This document shows positions 54,561-63,313 of a stretch of 64,000 nucleotides of DNA, in pieces. Below the pieces are notes generated by a model. The model had not been told where the DNA came from. It saw nothing but the letters and a program-made list of their open reading frames with translations, and searched no databases. The stretch comes from Candidatus Thorarchaeota archaeon (lineage in GTDB: Archaea; Asgardarchaeota; Thorarchaeia; Thorarchaeales; Thorarchaeaceae): positions 4,401 to 68,400 of the forward strand of contig RDNZ01000008.1 in NCBI GenBank assembly GCA_011364905.1. Reading direction: 5' to 3'. The number at the start of each line of letters is the position of its first letter. The stretch's first letter is position 1. A program made the translations under genes and the position numbers.

Positions 54561-56138
54561 TCACCACAGTGCATCACGAGATTCTTTGCCGATTCGTTCC
54601 ATCTCTAGTCTAGTATGGTAGGAGTCCCTCATCAACTCTCGATATCTTCTAATGAAGTCCTCGGCCATAAGCTGACCACTTCGTAGCATGTGGACAGTAT
54701 CTCGAATTGCTGCTTCAATGGATGCTGCATCTCTTTGTAGCGAATGTAGCCTGGGATTAGTATCATAACTTGGGTGAATACTTGGTTTCTGACCATATTG
54801 GCCAACGACTCTGCCAAGCTCATCTTTGAATGATTCCGGTTTTCTGTAGTAACTATCGTAGGGGTAATGGCGAACAGGAGAAGGATTCCACCCCTCTGCT
54901 CCAGGTATTGAACCTGGTCGCATCATTGACATATCTTCCTTGTACTGAGACCTGTCATTGGTGGAGAGGAGTGAATAAACCATCCCTTCGATCTTTAATC
55001 GCACATCGCTTGTGCTGATATCGGTTTGCTCAATCTTTCTGACCCTTTGCATATCAGTTTGTATATACTTCTCAAACTTCCTAGCAATTTCAATATAGTC
55101 TGGCAAGACTTTCTTTGTCTGGTCAGCACATGTTAGTCTAATCTCCCCTTGTTTTAACTTTAAGACGAGGCGTTTTCGGAGTCGCCCATCCTCCTCAATA
55201 GATTTCAAATAGAGCAACGGGAAGTCAAAGATGGTTTCCATCTTCTTTCTGACTCTTCCAGTTTCTGCAATGAACAGCAGTCGTTTGTTTGTCATGAAAA
55301 GCATTCCAAGGGCCTTATCGTTTTTGAGAAAGTCGCTACCTGATATTTTGATATCAGGAAGGGCACACACAGGCAACTCTCCAACTGAAAGTTGACCGTG
55401 TTCATAGAACATGGTAAACTGCCCTTTGTAGTAATCGAGCCCATCAAGCTGCCTCTTGACGTCCTTGAGTGTTTCTCTTAGAGGTTCGAGGGACTCGTCA
55501 ACATTCTGTTTATAGTAGATACCCATCTCTGTTATTCTGTTCGTTATCCCCTCTATGAATGGGAATTGATTTGGATTCCATTGATTATAGTCGATGAAGT
55601 CCCTTGTTTCAGCTGCCATTCTCTTTGCTATGATCTCTGCTTGACTAGAGATTCTATTCTTAATCGCCGGCAGTTCATCCTGCATGCCTTCAATCTTCTC
55701 TTCTATCCATTTGTAGTGGAGAAAGTTAGCCATTCTTAGAGATACAAGCAGTCTCTTTGCACTCGCTAGTTTGTTTGTGAACTCTCTGAGTTTAGTATGT
55801 CCATACTGAATAGTCATTATGGCATGTCGCATATCTAGGGCAAGAGACCTTCTCCGGTCTTCCAGAAGTACGACTCTGGTAGAGTGGCACTTCGGACAGA
55901 TATCCACTGTTTTTCGTCCCTTGCTGAGTTCCTCTGATTCACATTGCGGGCATGTTTCGAACTTCTCACCGGGCACTGGTGTTCCCAGTATGTGGTGGCA
56001 CTCACTGCAAACAATGTACTCTGTGGATTTTGATTCAAGACATTCCGTACACAAGGCGGCCCCACAGTCTTCACACATATGTGTCGCTCTTCCAGATTGA
56101 CACGATTTGCATTGGCCCGTTGGAGAGTCTTTTATCAA
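54561..56138 (-). CDS. Zinc-finger (B-box-like + zinc ribbon) protein with coiled-coil region and PH/GRAM(GLUE)-like segment
   Basis: N-terminus CKSCQSGRATHMCEDCGAALCTECLESKSTEYIVCSECHH and CPQCESEELSKGRKTVDICPKCHS. Long helical region. ALGMLFMTNKRLLFIAETGRVRKKMETIFDFPLLYLKSIEEDGRLRKRLVLKLKQGEIRLTC resembles GRAM/GLUE/bacterial-PH strands. Pro/Tyr-rich linker and helical C-terminus. TTG start. Confidence 0.6.
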   Translation of the reverse strand: MIKDSPTGQCKSCQSGRATHMCEDCGAALCTECLESKSTEYIVCSECHHILGTPVPGEKFETCPQCESEELSKGRKTVDICPKCHSTRVVLLEDRRRSLALDMRHAIMTIQYGHTKLREFTNKLASAKRLLVSLRMANFLHYKWIEEKIEGMQDELPAIKNRISSQAEIIAKRMAAETRDFIDYNQWNPNQFPFIEGITNRITEMGIYYKQNVDESLEPLRETLKDVKRQLDGLDYYKGQFTMFYEHGQLSVGELPVCALPDIKISGSDFLKNDKALGMLFMTNKRLLFIAETGRVRKKMETIFDFPLLYLKSIEEDGRLRKRLVLKLKQGEIRLTCADQTKKVLPDYIEIARKFEKYIQTDMQRVRKIEQTDISTSDVRLKIEGMVYSLLSTNDRSQYKEDMSMMRPGSIPGAEGWNPSPVRHYPYDSYYRKPESFKDELGRVVGQYGQKPSIHPSYDTNPRLHSLQRDAASIEAAIRDTVHMLRSGQLMAEDFIRRYRELMRDSYHTRLEMERIGKESRDALW

Positions 56139-56304
56139 GTGAGTACCTCCGGTAGTCTACTTACATCGAGGAGTTATCCAAGAATAACTCGTGTATTATT
56201 CTGGAAACATCGGGGTATCTCTGTATAAATTGCTAAAAGATTGTACACGCCATATCAGTTATATCCGACTAGAATTGCCTGACCTTAATTCACAGGCGAT
56301 ATTC

Positions 56305-57690
56305 ATGGAAGACCTAGCTCAGGCAGCCATCGATGCAGCTCTAAAAACCGGTGCAAGTTTCGCAGATGTCAGAATCGAGAATTCTACCACGACTATTATC
56401 GAACTTAACGATGGCATCACTCGACAGTCAATGGCTTCGCGGCTGAGAGGTGCTGGAATCCGTGCATTTGTCGACGGAGCATGGGCATTTGCTCAGACAA
56501 CGAACCTGACGCGTGAGGGGCTGAAAGAAACCGCCGAATCCGTCGCCAAGCTTGCTATGGCTACTCGAAACAAAGTCGACGAGAGATTTTCAATTGATGG
56601 TCCCGTTTATGAAGACAAAGTTGAACTGAACGTTAGACGCCCTTTTGAAAGCGTAACGATTGATGAGAAGATGCAATTTGTCCAATTGATTGATAATCAG
56701 GCACGTGAGTTCGACCCGAGAATCGTTTCTACGAGAACTATCTATGGCGAGTTGACCTCTGAACTATATATAGCCAATTCAATAGGAACGCGAGTTTATC
56801 TTCAAAATGCAATTCCAAGAATAATCTCAGTACCAACTGCAAAGGACGGTCCAAATCGACAACGAATCCAACAGTCCATCAGTCTTCGAAGCGGGTTCGA
56901 AGAAATGGAAACAGAGGCTGCACAGAACATTGGTGTGACAGCTGCGAAACTCGCTATCGCTCTCTTATCCTCTAAGGCCGCTGAGGGTGGGATGTATGAT
57001 GTAGTCCTTGACCCAGCTCTAAATGGTGTAGTGACTCATGAGGCGTTTGGCCATGCCACAGAAGCTGACAACTGGATCTCTCACTCGACTGTCCTTGAAG
57101 ATAAAATCAACAAGAAGGTAGGTCCTGAATATCTCAGCATAAGCGACGATCCAACACTAGATGGCAAGCGTGGGTCAACAGAGTATGATTGGGAGGGGAC
57201 CAAGACCAAGAAGCGGCATCTTGTGAAAGATGGAATTCTTACTGACCTACTTCATAGTCTAGAAACCTCAAGCCGGTTAGGTCTAGAACCTAATGGGGCG
57301 GCTCGCTCGCAGTCGTTCATGCATGTTCCACAGCCTCGAATGAGCAACACTTTCATGGAGCCAAAGGACTGGGAGGTAGATGAACTCATTGAGGATACGA
57401 AGCAGGGGATTCTTCTTTGCAGTTTCAACTACGGCTATACGCAGAGTGCAAAAGGTCAGTTCATGTTTCAAGCAAGCTATGGATATGTTATCGAAAACGG
57501 AGAGAGAGGAACTATGGTCCGAGATGTATCGCTTGCAGGAAACATCCTCGATATACTAACAAGGATTGATGCGATTGGAAAAGACTTCGAGTTGGAGGCG
57601 GGGACATGTGGAAAAGATGGGCAGAGCGTTCCTACAATGACTGGGGGTCCACATGCTAGAATCAGACAGGTGCCCGTAGGAGGAATGTAA
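56305..57690 (+). CDS. tldD: TldD-family metalloprotease
   Basis: HEAFGHATEAD (HExxxH) motif and C-terminal GTCGKDGQSVP...GGP pattern. Start trimmed to ATG 56305 (MEDLAQAAIDAALKTGASFADVRIE), the typical family N-terminus. Confidence 0.85.
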   Translation: MEDLAQAAIDAALKTGASFADVRIENSTTTIIELNDGITRQSMASRLRGAGIRAFVDGAWAFAQTTNLTREGLKETAESVAKLAMATRNKVDERFSIDGPVYEDKVELNVRRPFESVTIDEKMQFVQLIDNQAREFDPRIVSTRTIYGELTSELYIANSIGTRVYLQNAIPRIISVPTAKDGPNRQRIQQSISLRSGFEEMETEAAQNIGVTAAKLAIALLSSKAAEGGMYDVVLDPALNGVVTHEAFGHATEADNWISHSTVLEDKINKKVGPEYLSISDDPTLDGKRGSTEYDWEGTKTKKRHLVKDGILTDLLHSLETSSRLGLEPNGAARSQSFMHVPQPRMSNTFMEPKDWEVDELIEDTKQGILLCSFNYGYTQSAKGQFMFQASYGYVIENGERGTMVRDVSLAGNILDILTRIDAIGKDFELEAGTCGKDGQSVPTMTGGPHARIRQVPVGGM

Positions 57691-57727
57691 ACTGAAGGAG
57701 CAGCTCCTTGAAATTGCAGAATCTGCA

Positions 57728-59041
57728 GTGAGGTTGGCTGAAAAACTAGGGGCCTCGCAGGCTGAGGCTTATGTGGGTCAATCTCACGCTTTTTCCATAG
57801 AAGCTGAAAACTCCGCAATCCGAAATGCAGAGGAAACTGTTGATGCAGGGATTGGTATTCGAGCAGTCATAGACAAAAAGATAGGATTTGCGTTTGTCAC
57901 CACGCTTTCAGATGATGATGTACGTGAGGCTGTGGAAAAGTCAGTGATTCTTTCTAGAGCCTCAATACCCGATCCCGACTTTGTTAGTCTTCCGTCTGGT
58001 GACGACTCATATCAACCAGTCAATGGTCTCTATGACAAGGAAATTGCTGCTCTCTCATCTGAAGAAATCGCTGACATGATAATTAGGGTGATAGATTCTT
58101 CCAGACAGGTTCTAGAAGGCCGAAGTTATGCAATTTCTGCTGGCGTGCAGAGTTCGTTCGGAGTAAATGCAGTTGTCAATTCATTAGGAATCTCATGCTC
58201 AGAATCACGGACATCACTGTTTCTAAGTTCATCTCCAGTAGTAAAGAGTGAGGACGACCAAACAACAAGTTATGATTTTCAATTGACTAGGGACCTCAGT
58301 GAAGCGAATCCGGAGCATGTGGGCGAAAGCGGCGCTGAACGAACACTTAGTTTACTTGGTCCAAGGATTATCGAAGGGGGCGAAATGCCTGTCGTCTTCG
58401 CTCCTCTAGGAGCCGCAACTGTCATAGGGAGAGGTTTTGCTGGTGCTGTGTATGCAGAGGAGGTCCAGAAGGGCCGCTCATATGTCAGCGACGCATTTGG
58501 CGATACCATCGCTTCCGAACACCTTGAGATAGTGGACGATGCACTGTTGCCCTCTGGTTTGGGTTCAAGAACGTTTGATGCAGAAGGCTATCCATCGCAA
58601 AAGACATTGATAATAGAAAAGGGTGTATTGAAGGGACTACTTCACAACTCGTATACTGCAAACAAAGATAAAGTTCCGAATACCGGGAATGCTAGTAGGC
58701 CATCATATTCGGGTCTCCCTTCGATATCGACTTCTAACTTTATCATCAAACCAGGGAGTGGTACATTAGATGACTTGGTTTCTGAAATAGATAGGGGTGT
58801 TGTATGCAGAAACACTGCAGACCGTCCGAATATGACCACTGGTGATCTCAGCGCGATGCTATATGAGGGATTTTACATTGAAAGAGGCGAAATAAAGCAT
58901 CCACTCAAAAACACCCTTATTGGAATAAACATGCGTGACTTGCTGAAACGGGTCACCCGAGTCGGAAGTGATACAAGAACAACACTCGCAATGATCACTC
59001 CCTCGTTTGTAATTGAAAATGCCACAGTCACATCTGGCTAG
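57728..59041 (+). CDS. pmbA: PmbA/TldE-family protein (TldD partner)
   Basis: AEAYVGQSHAFSIEAENSAIRNAEE, GIGIRAVIDKKIGFAFVT, TFDAEGYPSQKT, GNASRPSYSGLPSISTSNF; lacks the HExxxH motif, as expected for PmbA. The GTG at 57728 is the first canonical start, but family-like residues KEQLLEIAESAV are encoded in frame just upstream. Confidence 0.8.
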   Translation: MRLAEKLGASQAEAYVGQSHAFSIEAENSAIRNAEETVDAGIGIRAVIDKKIGFAFVTTLSDDDVREAVEKSVILSRASIPDPDFVSLPSGDDSYQPVNGLYDKEIAALSSEEIADMIIRVIDSSRQVLEGRSYAISAGVQSSFGVNAVVNSLGISCSESRTSLFLSSSPVVKSEDDQTTSYDFQLTRDLSEANPEHVGESGAERTLSLLGPRIIEGGEMPVVFAPLGAATVIGRGFAGAVYAEEVQKGRSYVSDAFGDTIASEHLEIVDDALLPSGLGSRTFDAEGYPSQKTLIIEKGVLKGLLHNSYTANKDKVPNTGNASRPSYSGLPSISTSNFIIKPGSGTLDDLVSEIDRGVVCRNTADRPNMTTGDLSAMLYEGFYIERGEIKHPLKNTLIGINMRDLLKRVTRVGSDTRTTLAMITPSFVIENATVTSG

Positions 59042-59042
59042 T

Positions 59043-60995
59043 TTACATACGCTTTACAACCGGGATGCCCAAGACGGTCAGGCAGTTTGCCATGGTTGTT
59101 TTGAATGCTCTTACTAATGCCATTCTAGATGCCCTCACATTCGCCTCCGCCTTCAACACTGGACAAGAGTCATAGAACTTGCTGAAGAGGTTTGCAAGGC
59201 CATAGGCGTATGCCGTGAGTCTGTTTGAGGCAAAGCTTGTCCCCCACACGTTCTTCTTCAGGGATCTGGCAACCTCAAGAAGTTCCTCAGGAAAATGAGC
59301 AAGAGCTTTGACCAAAGCAAACTCCGCGTCAGACACGAGAATTTTGAGGTCGGCATCGGATGCCACATCTTCACCTGCCTTTTCTAGTATTCTCTGAGCT
59401 CTTGCATGAGAATATTGGAGATAAGGCGCTGCATCACCGTTGAAATCGAGAACCTCATTCCATCTGAAGGTGATCTGCCTATCAGGGGAAGCATTCAGCA
59501 TGAAGTATCGAATTGCTCCTACAGCTATCTGGCTGGCGACAGTGTCTTTGAATGTATCATCATCTTCTGGATTTCTCTTATCGACCTCGATTCTTGCTAG
59601 CTCTGTTGCCTTGTTTAGAACGTCATCAGTCGAATATCCAATCCAGGTTCCCTCTCTTCCAGAAAAGTCTGCATCGTCAAGTCCAACGAACTCGTAAGCG
59701 ATATGATGTGAGTTCTCGCTTTCTTTTGAATACCCGAGTATATCAAGGACTGTGTAAACCATCTTCTGTGGGTGCGCCTGCCGAGAACCGATGACATTCA
59801 TCACAACATCAAATTTGCCCAACTTAGATTCCTTTCCTTTGAGGTCCGTTCGCATCACAGTTTTGCCGTTTGGTTGTTCCTCAAATTCTGAATACTTGAA
59901 CGGATCTTCAATAATCCCAAACTTCCAGAGCTGAAGGGCCACATCAGCCCCTGTATACGTCCTTGTACCATCAGACCTGAACAATATCTTGTATGGGTCC
60001 TTTAAGTCTTTGAACTCATCAATGATTGAGAGGTCCGCAACTATACATCCTGCTTTTTCGCCTTCCTCAATCTTCAGTATGTTCTTCGACTTCAACATCA
60101 TCTTCTTGGCAAGTTCAAGTATGCCACTATGGGCTATTGCACTCTCCCAGACCTGATAGTCATGATAGATACCTAATCTGTATGATGTTTCATTTTGTGC
60201 TTTGAGACACCTTGTCACCATCTTTGCACTGAGCTTAGCTTCATCACTATTCAGCTCCTCGAGCTTCCTAGAAACTTCACGAACCTCTCTTTGAATGGTT
60301 TCACTACTGTCAAAGGCTTTCTGAACATCAACATATAGATGACCAAGCAAGTGGTCATATTTCATATCGCTTCTCTCATCCTCAACCTGCCTGAGTTTCC
60401 ATATCAATTGTGCAATCTGAAGTCCGAGGTCATTAATGTAGTCTAGTCTTACGGCGTCATATCCAACCCAGTCGAGAATGTTGCAAAGAGTGTCCCCAAG
60501 AATCGCGTTTCTTGCATGTCCTATGTGCCAAGGCTTGGAGGGATTGACAGCGGGATACTCAATTAGAGCTCGTTTTCCTTGGAATTCTTCACAACGTCCG
60601 TACTTGTGATCTAGTTCAAGGATACTTCCCACTGTCAACTCTGCGAGTTGGCCTTGATCAATGAATATGTTGATGTAGGGTCCTTTTGTTGTGACCTCCT
60701 TTATCATTGACTCATGGCTTGCTCGCTCCTTGAGTTTCGGTAAGAAATCATTAACAACAGCTACCGGGTTCTTCTTGAGTTGTTTTGCCAACGCGAACGC
60801 AATTGTTGAAGCAAGGTCTCCCAGAGCAGAATCAGGAGGTCTCTCTATCGTTGCATCAACGACGTCCTGCGAAACTGAAAAGACGTCCGATAGTACTTTC
60901 ACTAACGTTTGTCTAACTGTTTTCCAGGGGTTTGTGGAAATCTCGCTCACTTGCGCTTCACCAGAAACGAGAGACAATCCACACTGACGCCTCAT
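59043..60995 (-). CDS. argS: Arginyl-tRNA synthetase
   Basis: Class-I HIGH region PSKPWHIGHARNAILGD, anticodon-binding (DALR-type) C-terminal domain, family-typical C-terminal Met (...VVKRM). Confidence 0.9.
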   Translation of the reverse strand: MRRQCGLSLVSGEAQVSEISTNPWKTVRQTLVKVLSDVFSVSQDVVDATIERPPDSALGDLASTIAFALAKQLKKNPVAVVNDFLPKLKERASHESMIKEVTTKGPYINIFIDQGQLAELTVGSILELDHKYGRCEEFQGKRALIEYPAVNPSKPWHIGHARNAILGDTLCNILDWVGYDAVRLDYINDLGLQIAQLIWKLRQVEDERSDMKYDHLLGHLYVDVQKAFDSSETIQREVREVSRKLEELNSDEAKLSAKMVTRCLKAQNETSYRLGIYHDYQVWESAIAHSGILELAKKMMLKSKNILKIEEGEKAGCIVADLSIIDEFKDLKDPYKILFRSDGTRTYTGADVALQLWKFGIIEDPFKYSEFEEQPNGKTVMRTDLKGKESKLGKFDVVMNVIGSRQAHPQKMVYTVLDILGYSKESENSHHIAYEFVGLDDADFSGREGTWIGYSTDDVLNKATELARIEVDKRNPEDDDTFKDTVASQIAVGAIRYFMLNASPDRQITFRWNEVLDFNGDAAPYLQYSHARAQRILEKAGEDVASDADLKILVSDAEFALVKALAHFPEELLEVARSLKKNVWGTSFASNRLTAYAYGLANLFSKFYDSCPVLKAEANVRASRMALVRAFKTTMANCLTVLGIPVVKRM

Positions 60996-61182
60996 AAATG
61001 AAACGCTCAGACTTTAGTGATTGATATTTCCAATTTCTAACATACTAAGAGCAGCATTCTGGTGCAATTTCAAGGGTTAGCCGCAATATCAAAGAAGACC
61101 AAGATATGAAATCAATCATTAATTATTCAAAGATTTGTTTGAATAGTCTACAAAGGCTTTATATTGGTTTTTGTGTGGGCAA

Positions 61183-61301
61183 TGGTGTTCGTTCGCCCGT
61201 CGAACGAATCACTGGCGCCGCAAACTGACAAGGATTCCCTCTACGCCAGAGGGAATCGATGCATTCGATTACCACACAGCTCTGACCGCAGCGCTGCCAA
61301 T
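61183..61301. other. GC-rich, hairpin-dense element upstream of tfb (candidate structured RNA or 5' leader)
   Basis: Perfect stems: TTCGTTCG(61188-61195)/CGAACGAA(61201-61208), loop CCCGT; GATTCCCTCT(61233-61242)/AGAGGGAATC(61248-61257), loop ACGCC; AATCGA(61254-61259)/TCGATT(61265-61270), which shares 4 nt with the second stem. Visibly GC-richer than the flanking DNA. Confidence 0.35.
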
Positions 61302-62282
61302 ATGGTGGCCTGCATGGAGATGATTGGACTGGCCAGCAGACACTCAAAGACCCAAAAGAAAAGAGAGCGCATTGGTCCAGCTAGTTATGTCTGTTCTGCT
61401 TGCAACTGTGTTGACGTATACATTGATCACACTCGTGGAGAAGTTATTTGTTCTAGTTGTGGCTTGGTTCTTTCAGACCGTTCTATAGACATGGGACCAG
61501 AATGGAGAGCCTTTACTGCTGATGAGCAAAATGCACGACAGCGTGTAGGAGGCCCAACAGACTGGAGCAAGTTTGACCAAGGTCTAACTACTACCATCGG
61601 TCGACAGAATGTTGACGCATCCGGAAGAAAACTGACTTCAACACGAAGAGCAGAGATACATAGACTCAGGAAATGGCAGATTCGTACCAAGGTGCACTCT
61701 TCTGACAAACGCAACCTCGCAGTTGCGATGACAGAACTCCATAGAATAAGCTCTCAATTGAGCATCCCGTACTCGATTCGAGAGACCTCGGCCGTGATCT
61801 ACAGGAAAGCCTTACGAAAGAGGCTGACCCGTGGTCGTACCATTCTTGGGATGATTGCAGCCTCTCTATATCTCGCGTGTCGTGTTCATCAGGTTCCACG
61901 ACCTCTGGAGGAGATTGTTGAACAGATACACATCACGCGAAAAGAACTCAGCCTTTGTGTTCGACTCATTCTACGCTATCTCAACCTTAAGATACCTCAT
62001 AGCAACCCTGTTGAGTTTGTACATCGGTTCGGAACCGAGTTAGACCTCCCTGGTGAGGCGAAGAAGAAGGCTATCGATATCTTAGAGTTGGCGCGGGAGC
62101 AAAGACTTACCATCGGTAAGGATCCCAAAGGAATGGCGGCTGCAGCAATCTATGTTGCTAGCATCCTCACAGGTGCTAGAAGGACCCAACTTGAGATTGC
62201 TAGAACCGCACGAGTGACTGAGGTCACCGTGAGGAACCGCTACAAAGAGATGGTTGAGAAGCTAGGCATCTCGACCACTTGA
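61302..62282 (+). CDS. tfb: Transcription initiation factor IIB (TFB)
   Basis: Zinc ribbon CSACNCVDVYIDHTRGEVICSSCGLVL, B-reader/linker GPEWRAF, two cyclin-fold repeats (AASLYLACR..., AAAAIYVASIL...). Start placed at ATG 61302; the ORF-track start at 61164 runs through a GC-rich hairpin element with atypical codons. Confidence 0.88.
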   Translation: MVACMEMIGLASRHSKTQKKRERIGPASYVCSACNCVDVYIDHTRGEVICSSCGLVLSDRSIDMGPEWRAFTADEQNARQRVGGPTDWSKFDQGLTTTIGRQNVDASGRKLTSTRRAEIHRLRKWQIRTKVHSSDKRNLAVAMTELHRISSQLSIPYSIRETSAVIYRKALRKRLTRGRTILGMIAASLYLACRVHQVPRPLEEIVEQIHITRKELSLCVRLILRYLNLKIPHSNPVEFVHRFGTELDLPGEAKKKAIDILELAREQRLTIGKDPKGMAAAAIYVASILTGARRTQLEIARTARVTEVTVRNRYKEMVEKLGISTT

Positions 62283-62287
62283 GCCAC

Positions 62288-62319
62288 AGAGGGGGATATC
62301 CCCCTCTTTCTCCCTTTTT
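62288..62319 (+). terminator. Hairpin plus T-tract immediately after tfb
   Basis: Palindrome AGAGGGGGATATCCCCCTCT (8-bp G/C-rich stem, ATAT loop) starts 6 nt after the tfb stop. It is followed by TTCTCCCTTTTT (T5 at 62315-62319). Confidence 0.5.
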
Positions 62320-62476
62320 CGGATTGTCATCCATTATTGTACTTTTCAGAGGATATTATCTTGGACAGGATTCACTGAATCGGGTGCAATATGAAATCTA
62401 TTGAGATTCTCTATATTTCCCTCGTCGTATATAGGCTTATCATTGTAGGTTTCAACGGTATGATGTGAGGAGTGAA

Positions 62477-63313
62477 ATGTCCTTAAAACGATCCATACTC
62501 GGTGTTTGGCTCATTGAGCGAGGCAGCGGTAGGAATCTTGTTTCCAGATGCTATTCTGAAGCAGTAAAATTGGATATGGATCTAATTGCTCCATTCCTCT
62601 CAGCAACTCATACCTTTATTGACAAAGCATCCAGTGAAACCCTAAAGACAGTAGATACCGAAACCAGCAGATACGTTTGGGAAGCCAACGATTATCTTCT
62701 CTTTGTCATGGTCGTTTCCAAAGCGGCTCGCCTTGGGCATATGCGTTTCATGCTTGAGTACGCTCTCAGCGAGTTTATGAACCGAGAGGTTCCTCAAAAT
62801 TCTGACATCTCTACTGTGCTGAAGAATTGGCTAGGGTCTCCAAACACATTCAAGAAATTTGGAGACTTCATTGATGAGTTGGTGACTCAGTATGAGATCA
62901 CTGATGAGAGTCTAGTGGCTGGAAAATCCATGGATTGTCTTGAGGTTTACAGCCATCTGTTTAGAGGCATTATGAGAGTGAAAGGCGGACAAAGGAAAAA
63001 GCAGGCAATTGTTAAACGCATGAAATCTCTTATAGAACCACTTTTGGACAGATATCCATTCCTCAATGAAGTCCCGATCGATGCAGCTGGAATTGAGGTT
63101 TTAAACATAGATGTCAATACCGTGGCGTACCAACATCTTCGCGACGCTTTGGAGGAGTTGCTCCGCCTTCTCGGAAAGGCTGTTCGTGAGATTGCCTCTG
63201 CCAAGGCATATCGGGATATGCTGTTTGACCATGTTATGCCCTATGTGAAACACGACATTATGAGGCTTCAAACCTATGCGATTCTTGATGACGTCGTCAG
63301 ATATCTCTTCTAA
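62477..63313 (+). CDS. Hypothetical protein with N-terminal roadblock/longin-like alpha-beta domain
   Basis: SILGVWLIERGSGRNLVSRCY...DMDLIAPFLSATHTFIDKAS..LKTVDTETSRYVWEANDYLLFVMVVSKAARLGHMRFMLEYA follows the beta-beta-alpha-beta-beta-beta-alpha pattern of longin/roadblock (LC7/MglB) domains. ~170-aa helical C-terminal part of unknown type. ATG 62477 preferred over GTG 62465. Confidence 0.45.
   Translation: MSLKRSILGVWLIERGSGRNLVSRCYSEAVKLDMDLIAPFLSATHTFIDKASSETLKTVDTETSRYVWEANDYLLFVMVVSKAARLGHMRFMLEYALSEFMNREVPQNSDISTVLKNWLGSPNTFKKFGDFIDELVTQYEITDESLVAGKSMDCLEVYSHLFRGIMRVKGGQRKKQAIVKRMKSLIEPLLDRYPFLNEVPIDAAGIEVLNIDVNTVAYQHLRDALEELLRLLGKAVREIASAKAYRDMLFDHVMPYVKHDIMRLQTYAILDDVVRYLF

Noticed and set aside
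56305-59041. Programmed frameshift or fusion between tldD and pmbA.
   Set aside because: Both are normal-length family members with a clear TAA for tldD. No slippery sequence is evident. The unusual junction is better explained by a non-canonical or coupled start.
61164-61301. TTG/ATG-initiated N-terminal extension of TFB (MVFVWAMVFVRPSNESLAPQ...).
   Set aside because: The zinc ribbon of TFB normally sits near the N-terminus. The stretch is GC-rich, packed with perfect hairpins, and uses codons unlike neighbouring genes. It is treated as non-coding, but the uncertainty is flagged in the findings.
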